This document shows, one piece after another, positions 45,516 through 55,554 of a stretch of DNA of 64,000 bases. Numbering within the stretch: position 1 is the first letter of the stretch; every line of letters starts with the position of its first letter. The notes beneath the pieces are model-generated. The model was not told the origin of the DNA, made no database searches, and was given only the letters and a program-made list of their open reading frames with translations. The translations under genes and the position numbers were made by a program. Source of the stretch: an uncultured Acidobacteriota bacterium (lineage in GTDB: Bacteria; Acidobacteriota; Thermoanaerobaculia; Gp7-AA8); NCBI GenBank assembly GCA_963741955.1, contig CAVUKB010000007.1:1216001-1280000 (forward strand), in the 5' to 3' direction.

Positions 45516-45926
45516 AGCCGGGGAAGATAGCACAGGGATCGTCGCGCCGATTGCAGTCTTACCGGATTGTCATTTGCGGGTGGCTCATACAGGGAGGCGT
45601 GAGACTCCCGCATCGCGATTTCCGAGAGCGTCCTTTCCGGGCAAAGGGTCAACCCTTGCGCGCGGCGGCAGAAGCTGACCCGCCGCGCGGGAGCGATTCT
45701 CGAATTCGTGCGCAGCAATTGACCCTGCACGGTGAGACGAAGAGAGGCATCTCTTCTCTTTTCAGGAGCTTCCCGATCCGGGAGTCAATGGCATATCGAT
45801 TGATACGATCCCGCGCCCGTGGCCGCTCGATTCTCGCGCTCTTCACATCAGCTGCATCGAGGCATCACTCGTCTCTGCGATGATTCGAGACGTCCGGCAC
45901 ATACACACTCTTTGAATGGAGGATTC

Positions 45927-47651
45927 ATGAACCGCTCTTTCAGACTGCTCCTCGCGATTCTTCTTCTCCTCGTCTCGATCGACGGCTTCGCACAGCAGAA
46001 GTCGGTTCTCTTCGACGCCGCACACGCGCAGACGGCGGGCAACGCCGACTGGACTCTGGACGAGGACAGCTGCGGAACTGCGCAGCGGTTCCCCACTCCC
46101 GATCAGTCGGGAATCACTTCGTCGACCTCCGAGTCGTACTGGTCGGGCGGGATGTCGGCGTTCGGCGTCGATCTGGTGAAGAAGGGCTTCCACGTGGAGA
46201 GTCTTCCGATCGGCGCGCGGATCAGCTGGGGAGATTCGTCGAATCCGCAGGATCTGAGCAACTACGACGTCTTCGTGGTTCCGGAGCCGAACGTCCGCTT
46301 CACGTCATCGGAGATCACCGCGATCCGAAACTTCGTCTGGAACGGCGGCGGACTGATGATGATCGCCGACCACGCCGGAGCCGACCGGAACAACGACGGC
46401 TGGGATGCCGCGGGTATCTTCGACGATCTGATGGGAAGCCCGAGCGTATTCGGGATCACGTTCGACGACAACAAGAGCGATACGACCTATGGCTGGTTCA
46501 ACGACCATCCGGACGGAAACTTCACCACCGATCCGTCCTCTCCGATCATTTACGCGGGGGCATTCGGCGTGCCGGCCTCCAGTAAGGGCCTCGGGCTCTT
46601 CGGCGCCTCCGCGGTGACCCTCAGCGGCGCGGCGAAGGGTCACGTCTGGAGAACGGTCGCGACGCACGACACCTCCACCGGCGTCACGTTCGCGACGTCG
46701 ACGTACGGCAGCGGCCGCGTCGCCGCCGTCGGTGACTCCTCGACTGCGGAAGATGCCACCAACGGCTGCGGCCACAAGACGTACGCCGGTTACGAAGATC
46801 CCTCCTACGACAACGGCCTGATCATCGCGAACGCGATCGCGTGGCTCGGGAACGGTTCGACGAGCGGCGGTGGTGGCGGCACCGACACCCAGGCTCCTGC
46901 CACGTCCGTGACGTGGCCGTCGAACGGCGTGACGGTCGCCGGTACGGTGACCATCACTGCGAGCGCCACCGACGATACCGGCGTGACGAAGATGGAGATC
47001 TGGGTCGACGGAGCGCTCCGGACGTCGAATGCGAACTCAACGTCGATCTCTTGGGCGTGGGACACCACGAAATTCGCGAACTCGTCGCACACCATCGCTT
47101 CGAAGGCGTACGACGCGGCCGGAAACAAGGGGCAGTCGTCGAACGTCACGGTGACCGTCGCCAACGGCGCCCCTCAGCCGCAGCAGCTTCTCGGCAATCC
47201 CGGATTCGAGAACGGCTCGTCGAATCCCGCGCCCTGGTCCGCGACGTCGGGCGTGATCGACAACTCGGCTTCCGAAGCGGCGCATTCGGGAAGCTGGAAG
47301 GCGTGGCTCGACGGATACGGCTCGACGCACACCGACTCGGTTCGGCAGACGGTGAGCATCCCTTCCGGGATCTCCACTGCGACACTCTCATTCTGGCTGC
47401 ACATCGACACGAACGAGAGCGGATCGACGGCGTACGACAAGCTGAAGGTCCAGCTCCGCAATTCGTCAGGAAGCGTTCTCACCACTCTCGCGACGTATTC
47501 GAACGTGAATGCGGCGAGTGGATACGTCAAGAAGAGCTTCGACGTGTCGAGCTATGGCGGACAGACCGTTCAGGTCTATCTGGTCGGAACCGAGGATTCG
47601 ATGTACGCCACCTCGTTCGTGGTGGACGACTTCGCACTGAACGTGCAGTAG
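45927..47651 (+). CDS. Secreted multidomain protein: GATase-like/DUF4350-type domain, Ig-like domain, C-terminal beta-sandwich
   Basis: SD GGAGG; signal peptide; VLFDAAHAQTAGNADW, GGGLMMIADH; ASATDDTGV...AYDAAGN; QLLGNPGFE...FVVDDFAL. Confidence 0.8.
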   Translation: MNRSFRLLLAILLLLVSIDGFAQQKSVLFDAAHAQTAGNADWTLDEDSCGTAQRFPTPDQSGITSSTSESYWSGGMSAFGVDLVKKGFHVESLPIGARISWGDSSNPQDLSNYDVFVVPEPNVRFTSSEITAIRNFVWNGGGLMMIADHAGADRNNDGWDAAGIFDDLMGSPSVFGITFDDNKSDTTYGWFNDHPDGNFTTDPSSPIIYAGAFGVPASSKGLGLFGASAVTLSGAAKGHVWRTVATHDTSTGVTFATSTYGSGRVAAVGDSSTAEDATNGCGHKTYAGYEDPSYDNGLIIANAIAWLGNGSTSGGGGGTDTQAPATSVTWPSNGVTVAGTVTITASATDDTGVTKMEIWVDGALRTSNANSTSISWAWDTTKFANSSHTIASKAYDAAGNKGQSSNVTVTVANGAPQPQQLLGNPGFENGSSNPAPWSATSGVIDNSASEAAHSGSWKAWLDGYGSTHTDSVRQTVSIPSGISTATLSFWLHIDTNESGSTAYDKLKVQLRNSSGSVLTTLATYSNVNAASGYVKKSFDVSSYGGQTVQVYLVGTEDSMYATSFVVDDFALNVQ

Positions 47652-47705
47652 ATGTTTCCGCGGACTCCGGGGAAGCCCCGGGTTCCGCGGAGCGAAACGA
47701 GCGCC

Positions 47706-48002
47706 GAGGGGTGCGGATCCTCCGATCCGCCGCGCAAAACGTAATCGGAGCGGATCGAGACAGTATCTGTGGCAGAGGCGAAGCAAATGGGAGTCGACGC
47801 TCCGCATGTGGCCACAGGCGCGGTCTTCATCGCGTACAACACGATCGACGCGGCGGATCGGAGGATCCGCACCCCTCGGGATCCGCACCCCTTGGCAGAG
47901 GCGCAGCGAATGAGTACCGACGCTTCGCGTGTGGCCACAGGCGCGGTCTTCATCGCATACAACACGATCGACGATGCGGATCGGAGGATCCGCACCCCTC
48001 GG
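47706..48002. repeat. Family D REP-like cluster between convergent genes
   Basis: GAGGGGTGCGGATCCTCCGATCCGC at 47706, inverted copies at ~47853 and ~47977; ~120-bp unit duplicated (47770, 47893). Confidence 0.85.
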
Positions 48003-48028
48003 CAGAGGCGGGCCAGCTTCCCCGCCGA

Positions 48029-48985
48029 CTACCTGCCGAGGTTCCCCGCAATCTTCGTCAGGGGCGGCGCCGAGTGTGCGGCACGGCGCGACTCCGTTCG
48101 GGCGAGCGCCTCCTTCCCTTCGTGCGCGTAGATCTCCGCGAGGAGCCATCGCGCGGTGGCGAGATCGGGCTCCGTGTACGTGGGACGGTAGTCGAGGTAC
48201 TTCTGCAGCGCCTTCTCGCCGCGCTCCAGATTCCGGCCCGAGCGGGAAGCGACTTTTCCGATTCCGAACCACGCCGGCATGTATCCCGGACTGATGCGCA
48301 CCGCGTTCTCGAGCTCTGCGAACGCGGCGTCATACTCATTGCGGTTCGCGTCGAACATCGCCAGCCAGTAATGAGGTCGCGGATCGTCGGGGTATCGCTC
48401 GATCGCTTCCTGGTATTTCTGCTTCGCCTGAGCGTACTTCTTCTGGTGCTGGAGGATCGTCGCCCAGGCGTCATAACCGCGGGCGGGGTCACGCTTCTGG
48501 ATCTCTCGCGCCTGATCGACCGCCCGGTCGACTCCTCCGCCCATGAATCCGGGCGCCATAACGTCATACAGCATCAGCGCGAAGCGTGCATCGAGATGAT
48601 CCGGATTCATCTCGATGGCCCGCTCGAAGTTGTTGTGGATGTGATGCGCGAGAAAAGCTTTGTGGACCACGTTCGCGCGCATCGTCTTCAGTCCGTACGC
48701 AACGCCCAGCCAGTAGTACTCATCCGAGGTGGGATGAATCTTCACCGCCTTCTCGAGAGAGTCGATGGCCTGGTCGAACTTGCCGAGGCGGACCTGGGCG
48801 AGACCGAGATTGAAAAGGAGCCGGGAGTTGGTTCCTGCCGGCGCGAGCGGCGCCAGGGTTTCTTCCGCCGCAGCCGGATCACCGGAGCGGAGAAGTGCGA
48901 TGCCCTGGTCGAGCGAGCTCGCCTCGGCGGCGGCTGCGAACACCAGCAGGAGGATGCCGGCGTGAATGATTGTCGATTTTCGCAT
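48029..48985 (-). CDS. Secreted TPR-repeat protein
   Basis: Signal peptide; several TPR motifs (LFNLGLAQ, YYWLGVAY, PHYWLA). Confidence 0.88.
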   Translation of the reverse strand: MRKSTIIHAGILLLVFAAAAEASSLDQGIALLRSGDPAAAEETLAPLAPAGTNSRLLFNLGLAQVRLGKFDQAIDSLEKAVKIHPTSDEYYWLGVAYGLKTMRANVVHKAFLAHHIHNNFERAIEMNPDHLDARFALMLYDVMAPGFMGGGVDRAVDQAREIQKRDPARGYDAWATILQHQKKYAQAKQKYQEAIERYPDDPRPHYWLAMFDANRNEYDAAFAELENAVRISPGYMPAWFGIGKVASRSGRNLERGEKALQKYLDYRPTYTEPDLATARWLLAEIYAHEGKEALARTESRRAAHSAPPLTKIAGNLGR

Positions 48986-49354
48986 CTGCGAATCTCCTCA
49001 TCGGGGTCGTGCCGTCGATCCGGGGATCGACGTATGACTCCTGCCTGTCGATGTTTACGCACAGGACCAGTCGCCACGAATGGAAACTTTTGCAGGATTC
49101 GTGACAATTATGAGGAGAACGTGGGGGGAGGTTCGGGTTGCGGGTTGTGGGTCGAAAAGGGGAATAGTTTCCAACTCGTCAAGGAGACGGAAGCCCGGAT
49201 TTCACACCAGTCTCTGCTGCGGAGACGTATCGCAGCCTCTCTCCCGTGTCGGGTCAGGAGCCGGCTCAGCAGAGACAGCCCGGAGTTCCTGCAGCCGCTG
49301 CCGGCGCCTGCTCGAATGCGACCCGTGAACCGTCAGTTCACGACCCGGGACGGC

Positions 49355-51925
49355 TCACGATCGCGTCTTCTCTGCGCGCGGAGGACACAACACCTTTCCC
49401 TCCGAAGCGGGAACGAGCCGGACGTTCGAGAGGCGAAGGCCGAGCGTTCCATCGGTGGAGATCTGGAGCGGACGGTTGATGCGCGTCATCTCCGCTCCCG
49501 CCTCTTCGAGACAGCGGAGACGGATCCTGACCGTCTTCCACTCCCGTGGCGGGAGCGTGCGCAGAATCGCGCTGACGTCCACCGAGCCGCGGCACTCCTC
49601 TCCGCATCCCATCGAGAGAATCGTCTTCGCTTTCGGAGGCTGTTCGATGAAGACGTCGAAGCTGAGGGCGAGCTCGCCGTTCGATTCCCGGGTCAGGTCG
49701 ACCGGAGTCGCGGCCTGAATGAACAGCCAGGCCTTTCCACTGCCGTCCCATCGAGCGCGCAGTGCGTCGCTCTGCATCGCTCGATCGACCGGCTGAACCA
49801 CCAGGCGGGTCGAGTTCACGGTGGACGTTCGCGTTCCCACGACCTCGAGCGCCGGGTTCTCCTGGTCGTCGCCGACGTACACGCGCCAGGGTGCGACGGG
49901 ACCGGCATCGAAGTAGACAGTCCGGCTCACCGCATCGGCCGTCGTGTTTCCCGTCGACTCGGGGAGTTGGGGAAGAGCACCGTCGTCGGCGTAGGTCAGG
50001 CCGAAGCCGTATGCGAAGAGCGGGTCGTATTTCGCGTCTCCGCGATTGAGCACGGTCTGGCTGATGCTCCGCGGCCACGAGTACGCGAGCTTGCCGTGGA
50101 AGTCGTGATCGATCTCTCCGTCCGCCTTCCGGAAAAGGACGTCTGCCACCGCGGAGCCCTCGGTACCGGGAAGCCAGGCAGCGACGAACGCGTCGGAGGC
50201 GTTGAACTCCGGGTTGACCCATAGAGGCCGTCCGCTCAGGAAGATTGAAACGACTTTCACTCCGCTCTTTTTCAACTTCCGCAGCAGCTCTCCGTCATCG
50301 GAGTGGATGCGCTGGTACTCGATCGTGTCGAGATCTCCGCGGAACTCCGCGTAGGGCTCCTCACCGAAGACTGCGATCGCGACATCGACGGGAGCTCCGA
50401 CGTTCCCCTCTTCTGCGAGGATCGCGGTTCCTCCGGATGCCTCGACGGCGGCGCGAATGCCGTCCCAGATCGACGAGCCGCCGGGGAAGTCGCTGTTCAC
50501 GTTTCCGCTTCCCTGCCAGTTGAGCGTCCATCCACCGGTCTGCATCGGGATGCTGTTCGCTCCGCGGCCGACGACCGCGACGCGCTGGTCGCGTCGCAGC
50601 GGAAGAAGGTGACCCGAATTTTTCAGAAGCACCAGCGACTCACGAACCGCCCGGGCTGCGACCGCGCGGTTCCCGGCGCTCCCGAGCTCCTCGCTCTTAC
50701 CGGCCAGCGGACGGCTCGACGGTTTCCCGCGGTCGAACAATCCCGCGCGCATCTTCACCCGCAGGATGCGGCGAACTGCGTCGTCGAGCCGAGCCATCGG
50801 GATCACGCCCGCGTTCACCTGGGCGAGGGTGTTTGTCCAGAGCTCCTTCCAATCCTCCGGCACCATGAACATGTCGACGCCCGCGTTGAACGCCGCGGCG
50901 CAGTTCCCGGTGGTACATCCTTCGAGCTGTCCGTGCGCGTTCCAGTCGCCGACCACGAATCCGTCGAACCCCATCCGATCCTTGAGCACCGCAGTGAGCA
51001 GATCGTGGTTGCCATGCATCTTCCGTCCATGCCAGCTCGAGAACGATGCCATCACCGTCTGTACACCCTCGCCGAGAGCACCGACGTATCCCGCGCCATG
51101 AATGTCCCGGAGCTCCTTTTCGGTGGAGAGGTTGTCGCCCTGGTCACGGCCATCGAGATTGCCGCCGTCGCCGAGGAAGTGTTTGGCCGTGGAGATGACG
51201 TGGTAAGCATCGAGGAACTCCGGCGTGCCGGGATCACCCTGAAGCCCGCGGACCATCGCCGCGGCGTACGCGCGGACGATCTCCGGATCTTCGGAGTAGC
51301 CTTCGTAGGTGCGTCCCCATCGGTCATTGCGGACCACGGCGACGGTGGGTCCGAAGTCCCAGTCGAGACCGGTGACTGCCATTTCCCGCGCGGTGACTTC
51401 GCCGACTCTGCGGATCAGATCCGGATCGTGCGTCGCGCCGAGTCCCACGTTGTGGGGAAAGATGGTGGCGCCAGTGATGTGTGAGTGGCCGTGGACTGCG
51501 TCGGCTCCCCATATGATCGGAATCGCGACTCCCCCTTTCGGAGGAGTCATGGATGCGTCCCAGAACGCATCGGCGACCGCGACCCAGTCGGCGGGCGTGG
51601 TGTGTTTCACTCCGTTCGGGTGCGAGTCGCCTCCGCTGAGGACCGACCCAAGGTGGTATCGGCGTACGTCATCGGGGGTGACGTGGAGGATCTCGGCCTG
51701 GATGACCTGACCGACCTTCTCCTCCACGGACATCCGTGCAAGGAGATCGCTGACCTTCCGTTCGAGCTGGGGATCACTCGCCACGGGCGAGGGAACGACC
51801 GGCCAGAGATTCGGATGGATCACCGGGGGAGGGGTGGTGGTCCGGGGATGTTCGGGAGGGGCGGAAAAGACCGCCGGAATCGCGAGAGTGAGCAGCGTCG
51901 CAGCCACGAGGATTCGCGTGCGCAT
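49355..51925 (-). CDS. GH3 beta-glucosidase/exo-glucanase with C-terminal galactose-binding-like domain
   Basis: EEKVGQ, DAVHGH, RWGRTYEG, AKHFLGDG, VVGDWN, ESLVLLKN, AAWLPG. Confidence 0.93.
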   Translation of the reverse strand: MRTRILVAATLLTLAIPAVFSAPPEHPRTTTPPPVIHPNLWPVVPSPVASDPQLERKVSDLLARMSVEEKVGQVIQAEILHVTPDDVRRYHLGSVLSGGDSHPNGVKHTTPADWVAVADAFWDASMTPPKGGVAIPIIWGADAVHGHSHITGATIFPHNVGLGATHDPDLIRRVGEVTAREMAVTGLDWDFGPTVAVVRNDRWGRTYEGYSEDPEIVRAYAAAMVRGLQGDPGTPEFLDAYHVISTAKHFLGDGGNLDGRDQGDNLSTEKELRDIHGAGYVGALGEGVQTVMASFSSWHGRKMHGNHDLLTAVLKDRMGFDGFVVGDWNAHGQLEGCTTGNCAAAFNAGVDMFMVPEDWKELWTNTLAQVNAGVIPMARLDDAVRRILRVKMRAGLFDRGKPSSRPLAGKSEELGSAGNRAVAARAVRESLVLLKNSGHLLPLRRDQRVAVVGRGANSIPMQTGGWTLNWQGSGNVNSDFPGGSSIWDGIRAAVEASGGTAILAEEGNVGAPVDVAIAVFGEEPYAEFRGDLDTIEYQRIHSDDGELLRKLKKSGVKVVSIFLSGRPLWVNPEFNASDAFVAAWLPGTEGSAVADVLFRKADGEIDHDFHGKLAYSWPRSISQTVLNRGDAKYDPLFAYGFGLTYADDGALPQLPESTGNTTADAVSRTVYFDAGPVAPWRVYVGDDQENPALEVVGTRTSTVNSTRLVVQPVDRAMQSDALRARWDGSGKAWLFIQAATPVDLTRESNGELALSFDVFIEQPPKAKTILSMGCGEECRGSVDVSAILRTLPPREWKTVRIRLRCLEEAGAEMTRINRPLQISTDGTLGLRLSNVRLVPASEGKVLCPPRAEKTRS

Positions 51926-51956
51926 GATTCCTCCATCCGAAGGATGCTCGACCTCT

Positions 51957-53153
51957 TCACCGAAGAGGAGCGGGGTCACGTATCCAGTCGAGCAGTTGTC
52001 TTGCCGAGACGACCCGCACTTCGGGGCGGCTCAGTGCATCGTCGACGATCCGGAGCAGTGCCTCGCGGCGCTGCTCCGCAGTGGTGGGAAGTGTCTCCGG
52101 ATACTGTTCCGAGTAGAGGTCGCTGTGGGCGCCGAACGTCAGAGGGGCGCGGTTGCCGTGGAGGCGCTGGTCGAGCGTGTATCGGAACGTCGCGACGACT
52201 TCCTCCGGCTTCATCCCGAACTCGACCCACAGGTTCCAGTCGAATCCGGTGATCTTTCCGTCCGCTGGATTGAAGTAGTCGCGAACGGCATGGAGGCGGT
52301 CGCGGAGACCCGGTTCGACGCCGTAGCGCGCGCACTCGGCATCCGGAGGGACGATCAGCGCGTAGACGGGAATCTCCCACAGCACGTCCTCGCGGGACGA
52401 ACGCCCGCCGTACGACGGGTCGATCGCGTAAGGCCAGTAGAAGTTCTGCGCGTCGAACTGCGGGTCGAATCCTTCCTCGATGCTGCAGTCGTAAGAGATG
52501 CCGGCATCGCGAAGAGCGGGGAAGAGCGGCTTGCCATGTTCGAGATACGGGGTGCGGAATCCGACGATCTCCGCGACGTCGAGTCCGAGTCCGCTGGCGG
52601 GGTCGGATTCCGGTCCGGTGGTCAGCCAGCGCCGGCACGTCTCGATCTCGTTTCGCCACGCCGCTGTGGAAAGCTCTGCCCCGTGGGGATGCGTATGGGT
52701 GTGGAGAGCGATCTCGTGGCCCGCGTCCGCCATCGCGCGCCACGCCGCGCGGACGAATCGCGGCGAGTCGATGTCGGGAGCGGCGATGTAGCGGGTGACG
52801 ACGTAGAGAGAAGTCCGGGCCGGGGCGCCGTCGAACGTCCGTGCACGCCCCTGGCCTTCGGGGTTCTTCTTTCCGGCGAAGAGCTCCTGCACGAACCGGA
52901 TTCCCCCGGTCGTTCCCGAACCTTCGGCTCCGGAGATGGAGTTGTCGTCGAAGCCGAACTGGACGAACTGCGGCACGCGCTCCGGCGAGAGTCCGGCGGG
53001 CGGGAGCTGTGACGCGGATCCACCGCTCGGGTGGGCCGCAACCGCCGGCTGCGCCGGAGATCCGGGTCGCGGGGCCGCGGAGCAGGCTGCGAAAAGGAGG
53101 CCGATGGCGAGCGCGCCGGCGGCAGATCCGAAGAAAGGATGACTCTTGCTCAT
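51957..53153 (-). CDS. Polysaccharide deacetylase (CE4-like) lipoprotein
   Basis: LFAAC lipobox; QFGFDD, HEIALHTHTH, GFRTPYL, YDCS. Confidence 0.85.
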   Translation of the reverse strand: MSKSHPFFGSAAGALAIGLLFAACSAAPRPGSPAQPAVAAHPSGGSASQLPPAGLSPERVPQFVQFGFDDNSISGAEGSGTTGGIRFVQELFAGKKNPEGQGRARTFDGAPARTSLYVVTRYIAAPDIDSPRFVRAAWRAMADAGHEIALHTHTHPHGAELSTAAWRNEIETCRRWLTTGPESDPASGLGLDVAEIVGFRTPYLEHGKPLFPALRDAGISYDCSIEEGFDPQFDAQNFYWPYAIDPSYGGRSSREDVLWEIPVYALIVPPDAECARYGVEPGLRDRLHAVRDYFNPADGKITGFDWNLWVEFGMKPEEVVATFRYTLDQRLHGNRAPLTFGAHSDLYSEQYPETLPTTAEQRREALLRIVDDALSRPEVRVVSARQLLDWIRDPAPLR

Positions 53154-53171
53154 TGTGGCCATATCATATGA

Positions 53172-53185
53172 CTAAATCGTTTAAG
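53172..53185. promoter_or_regulatory. Putative LacI operator between divergent deacetylase genes
   Basis: CTAAATCGTTTAAG; 13/14 match to the reverse complement of the site at 57448. Confidence 0.75.
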
Positions 53186-53193
53186 GAGCCAGG

Positions 53194-54429
53194 ATGAATC
53201 GAGTTCATATCGCTCTGGTCCTCCTCGTTCTCCCCGGGCTGATCCTCTCCTGCCGGACCGCGCCCGGAGCTGCCGGAGCGGCTGCCGCGCCGGTGGCTGC
53301 CGGCGCGATTCAGGCGACAGCCGGCGATAGCGAAGCCCTGACCCGCTATCCCGCGCTTCTGGTGATCGCACCTCATCCCGACGACGAGTCTCTCGGATTC
53401 GCCGGTCTGGTCGACGCGTATCGAAGTGCGGGGAAGCCGGTTCGAGTGATCGTGGTCACGGACGGTGATGCGTACTGCGAAGCGTGCCGTTTCTGGAAGT
53501 CGAGCTCCGTCAACGGCCCGACCTGCGACGCCGCGGACCTCTCGAATTTCGCAACGCCGGAAGTGGACTCCTTTGCCGAGGTGCGGCGCGCCGAGAGTGC
53601 GAAAGCGGCCGGGATCCTCGGCCTTCCTCCTCCTCTTTTCCTCGGGTATCCCGACACGGGCCTCGGCGCCGCCTGGACGAACTTTCAGGAGGGCGACGTT
53701 TCGAAGCCGCTGCGCCGCTCCGACTTCTCGCACTGCGAATCATGCGAGAGTTGTGCGGGAGGGTACGGAGAAGGGCCGGAGACGGAGCTGAGCGCGGAGA
53801 CGCTGCTCCGAAGTCTGCGCGAGGAGATCGCGTCGATGCCGGACGGGGCGCTCATTGCGACGACGCACCGGCTCGACGGACATCCGGATCACGCGGCGCT
53901 GGGAAGCTTCGTCGCGATGCTCGACCAAGAGCCGGGGGCGAGGTTCGCTCCGCATCCGGTCGCATACGCTGTGATCCACGCGCACACCGCCGGACCGAGT
54001 GCGCAGCCCGACTGCTGGTATCCCGCTCCGACCGCACCGGTGTGTCCCTGCATGGATCAGGCGCGGGCGCTCGCGGATCCGAAATGGATCGATCGTCTCG
54101 CCGCGCAGCGATTCCTTCCCGACTCTCCCGCGGCGCTGCCGGACGACGCTCCGTACGGCGAGGCGAAACAGCTGCGCCTTCCGGAACGGATGTACCGAGG
54201 CGCCGACGCGATCAAGCTGAAGGCGGTCGCGTCGTACGCGTCGCAACTCGGCCGTCGTGCGAGAGAAGGTGATCACCCCGCAGCGCTGAACGGAATCCTC
54301 GACTGCAGCGGCTATCTGATGGCGTTCGTGCGGAGCACGGAGGCATTCGTTCTGATCGAGCCGGGAGCCGCATCCAAACCCGAGGCCGGTCACGCCGCCA
54401 CTCCAGCGGGGGGTTCGGATGCGGAGTGA
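53194..54429 (+). CDS. PIG-L/LmbE-family deacetylase lipoprotein
   Basis: ILSC lipobox; APHPDDE, VTDGD, RRAES, GYPD, DGHPDH. Confidence 0.9.
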   Translation: MNRVHIALVLLVLPGLILSCRTAPGAAGAAAAPVAAGAIQATAGDSEALTRYPALLVIAPHPDDESLGFAGLVDAYRSAGKPVRVIVVTDGDAYCEACRFWKSSSVNGPTCDAADLSNFATPEVDSFAEVRRAESAKAAGILGLPPPLFLGYPDTGLGAAWTNFQEGDVSKPLRRSDFSHCESCESCAGGYGEGPETELSAETLLRSLREEIASMPDGALIATTHRLDGHPDHAALGSFVAMLDQEPGARFAPHPVAYAVIHAHTAGPSAQPDCWYPAPTAPVCPCMDQARALADPKWIDRLAAQRFLPDSPAALPDDAPYGEAKQLRLPERMYRGADAIKLKAVASYASQLGRRAREGDHPAALNGILDCSGYLMAFVRSTEAFVLIEPGAASKPEAGHAATPAGGSDAE

Positions 54430-54469
54430 CCGCGCTTCCGGTCCGGTCGCAGTCCGGACCGGCACGTGG

Positions 54470-55441
54470 CTACTGCGACCACCAGGTGGGCTGCCGGTCC
54501 CACCGGTGAGCGCGAAGTGCGGCCATGACTCCGGAACTCAGCGGACCGGAGTCGCTGGCGGCGATGTTCGCCTCGACGTGCGAGCGTTTTCGCATCCCGG
54601 GTATCGCCGTGGTCACGGCCGGATGGGAAAGGATGAAACGGAGCGCGAGCTCCGGCATGGTCATTCCTTCGGGGACCAGTGGTTTGAGTCGTTCGACGTG
54701 CTCGACCGTCGCCGAGAGATTCTCGGGAACGAAGTACGTGTTGCGCCAGTCTCCTTCCGGCCAGACCGAGTCCGCCGTGAGGCTTCCGGTCAGCGAGCCT
54801 TCGTCGAACGGAACCCTCGCGATCACCGCGACATTCATCTCGGCAGTGGCGGGGAAGAGCTCATCCTCGGGGGACTGGTCGAAGATGTTGTAGATCACCT
54901 GAACTGCATCGATCGCGCCGCTGCGGACCGCGCGAACACCGTTCCACGCCTCCCATCGATTGATGCTGATGCCGACGCCTCCGATCAACTTCTGCCGTCG
55001 CAGCTCGTCCACGGCTCGATGCCATCGATCGTCGTCGAGCCAGTCGTCTTCCCAGACGTGAAACTGCAGCAGATCGAATTCGTCGAGCCCGGAGCACTCC
55101 AGGCTTCGATGCAGGGATCGCTCGATGTGATCGGGAGGGAAGACCTCGTCGAGCGGGACTCCGCGGCGGCTCGGCCACTCGTCGTTGAGTGGAGGGATCT
55201 TCGTTGCGGTATGGAGGCGACGTTCGGGATGACGTCGTACGAGCTCTCCGAGCAGCCGGTCACTGTGGCCGTCGCCATAGGCGAGCGCGCTGTCGAAGAA
55301 GTTGCATCCGAGCTCCACGGCGCGGTCGAGAGAGGCGAGGGATTCGGTGTCGTCGGAACCGGTCCACTCTCCCATTCCCCACATGCCGGCGCCGATCTCG
55401 CTCACTTCCCATCCGAGGCGGCCGAAGGCGCGGTATCGCAT
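54470..55441 (-). CDS. Aldo/keto reductase
   Basis: VSEIGAGMWGMG, FFDSALAYG, DLLQFH, QVIYNIFDQ, AIPGMR. Confidence 0.93.
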   Translation of the reverse strand: MRYRAFGRLGWEVSEIGAGMWGMGEWTGSDDTESLASLDRAVELGCNFFDSALAYGDGHSDRLLGELVRRHPERRLHTATKIPPLNDEWPSRRGVPLDEVFPPDHIERSLHRSLECSGLDEFDLLQFHVWEDDWLDDDRWHRAVDELRRQKLIGGVGISINRWEAWNGVRAVRSGAIDAVQVIYNIFDQSPEDELFPATAEMNVAVIARVPFDEGSLTGSLTADSVWPEGDWRNTYFVPENLSATVEHVERLKPLVPEGMTMPELALRFILSHPAVTTAIPGMRKRSHVEANIAASDSGPLSSGVMAALRAHRWDRQPTWWSQ

Positions 55442-55554
55442 GAGAGAGATTGTAGTGCGTTCGGAGCGCCGAGTGAATTGGTGAACGTCCGAAAACAAAT
55501 CAGAGCAGTTCCCGCGGCGGCGGGGAGAGAGCTCGAGGCCGAACGGAGAACATC

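Noticed and set aside
45540-45920. Riboswitch (c-di-GMP-like GGCAAA) in the intergenic region
   Set aside because: Only a GC hairpin (CGCGCGGCGG...CCGCCGCGCG) is present; the conserved aptamer elements are missing.
46841-50224. 1127-aa + strand ORF and other long antisense or shifted ORFs (e.g. 87-2018, 31125-32642, 59525-61198)
   Set aside because: Arg/Pro/Gly-rich shadow frames of well-supported genes in high-GC DNA.
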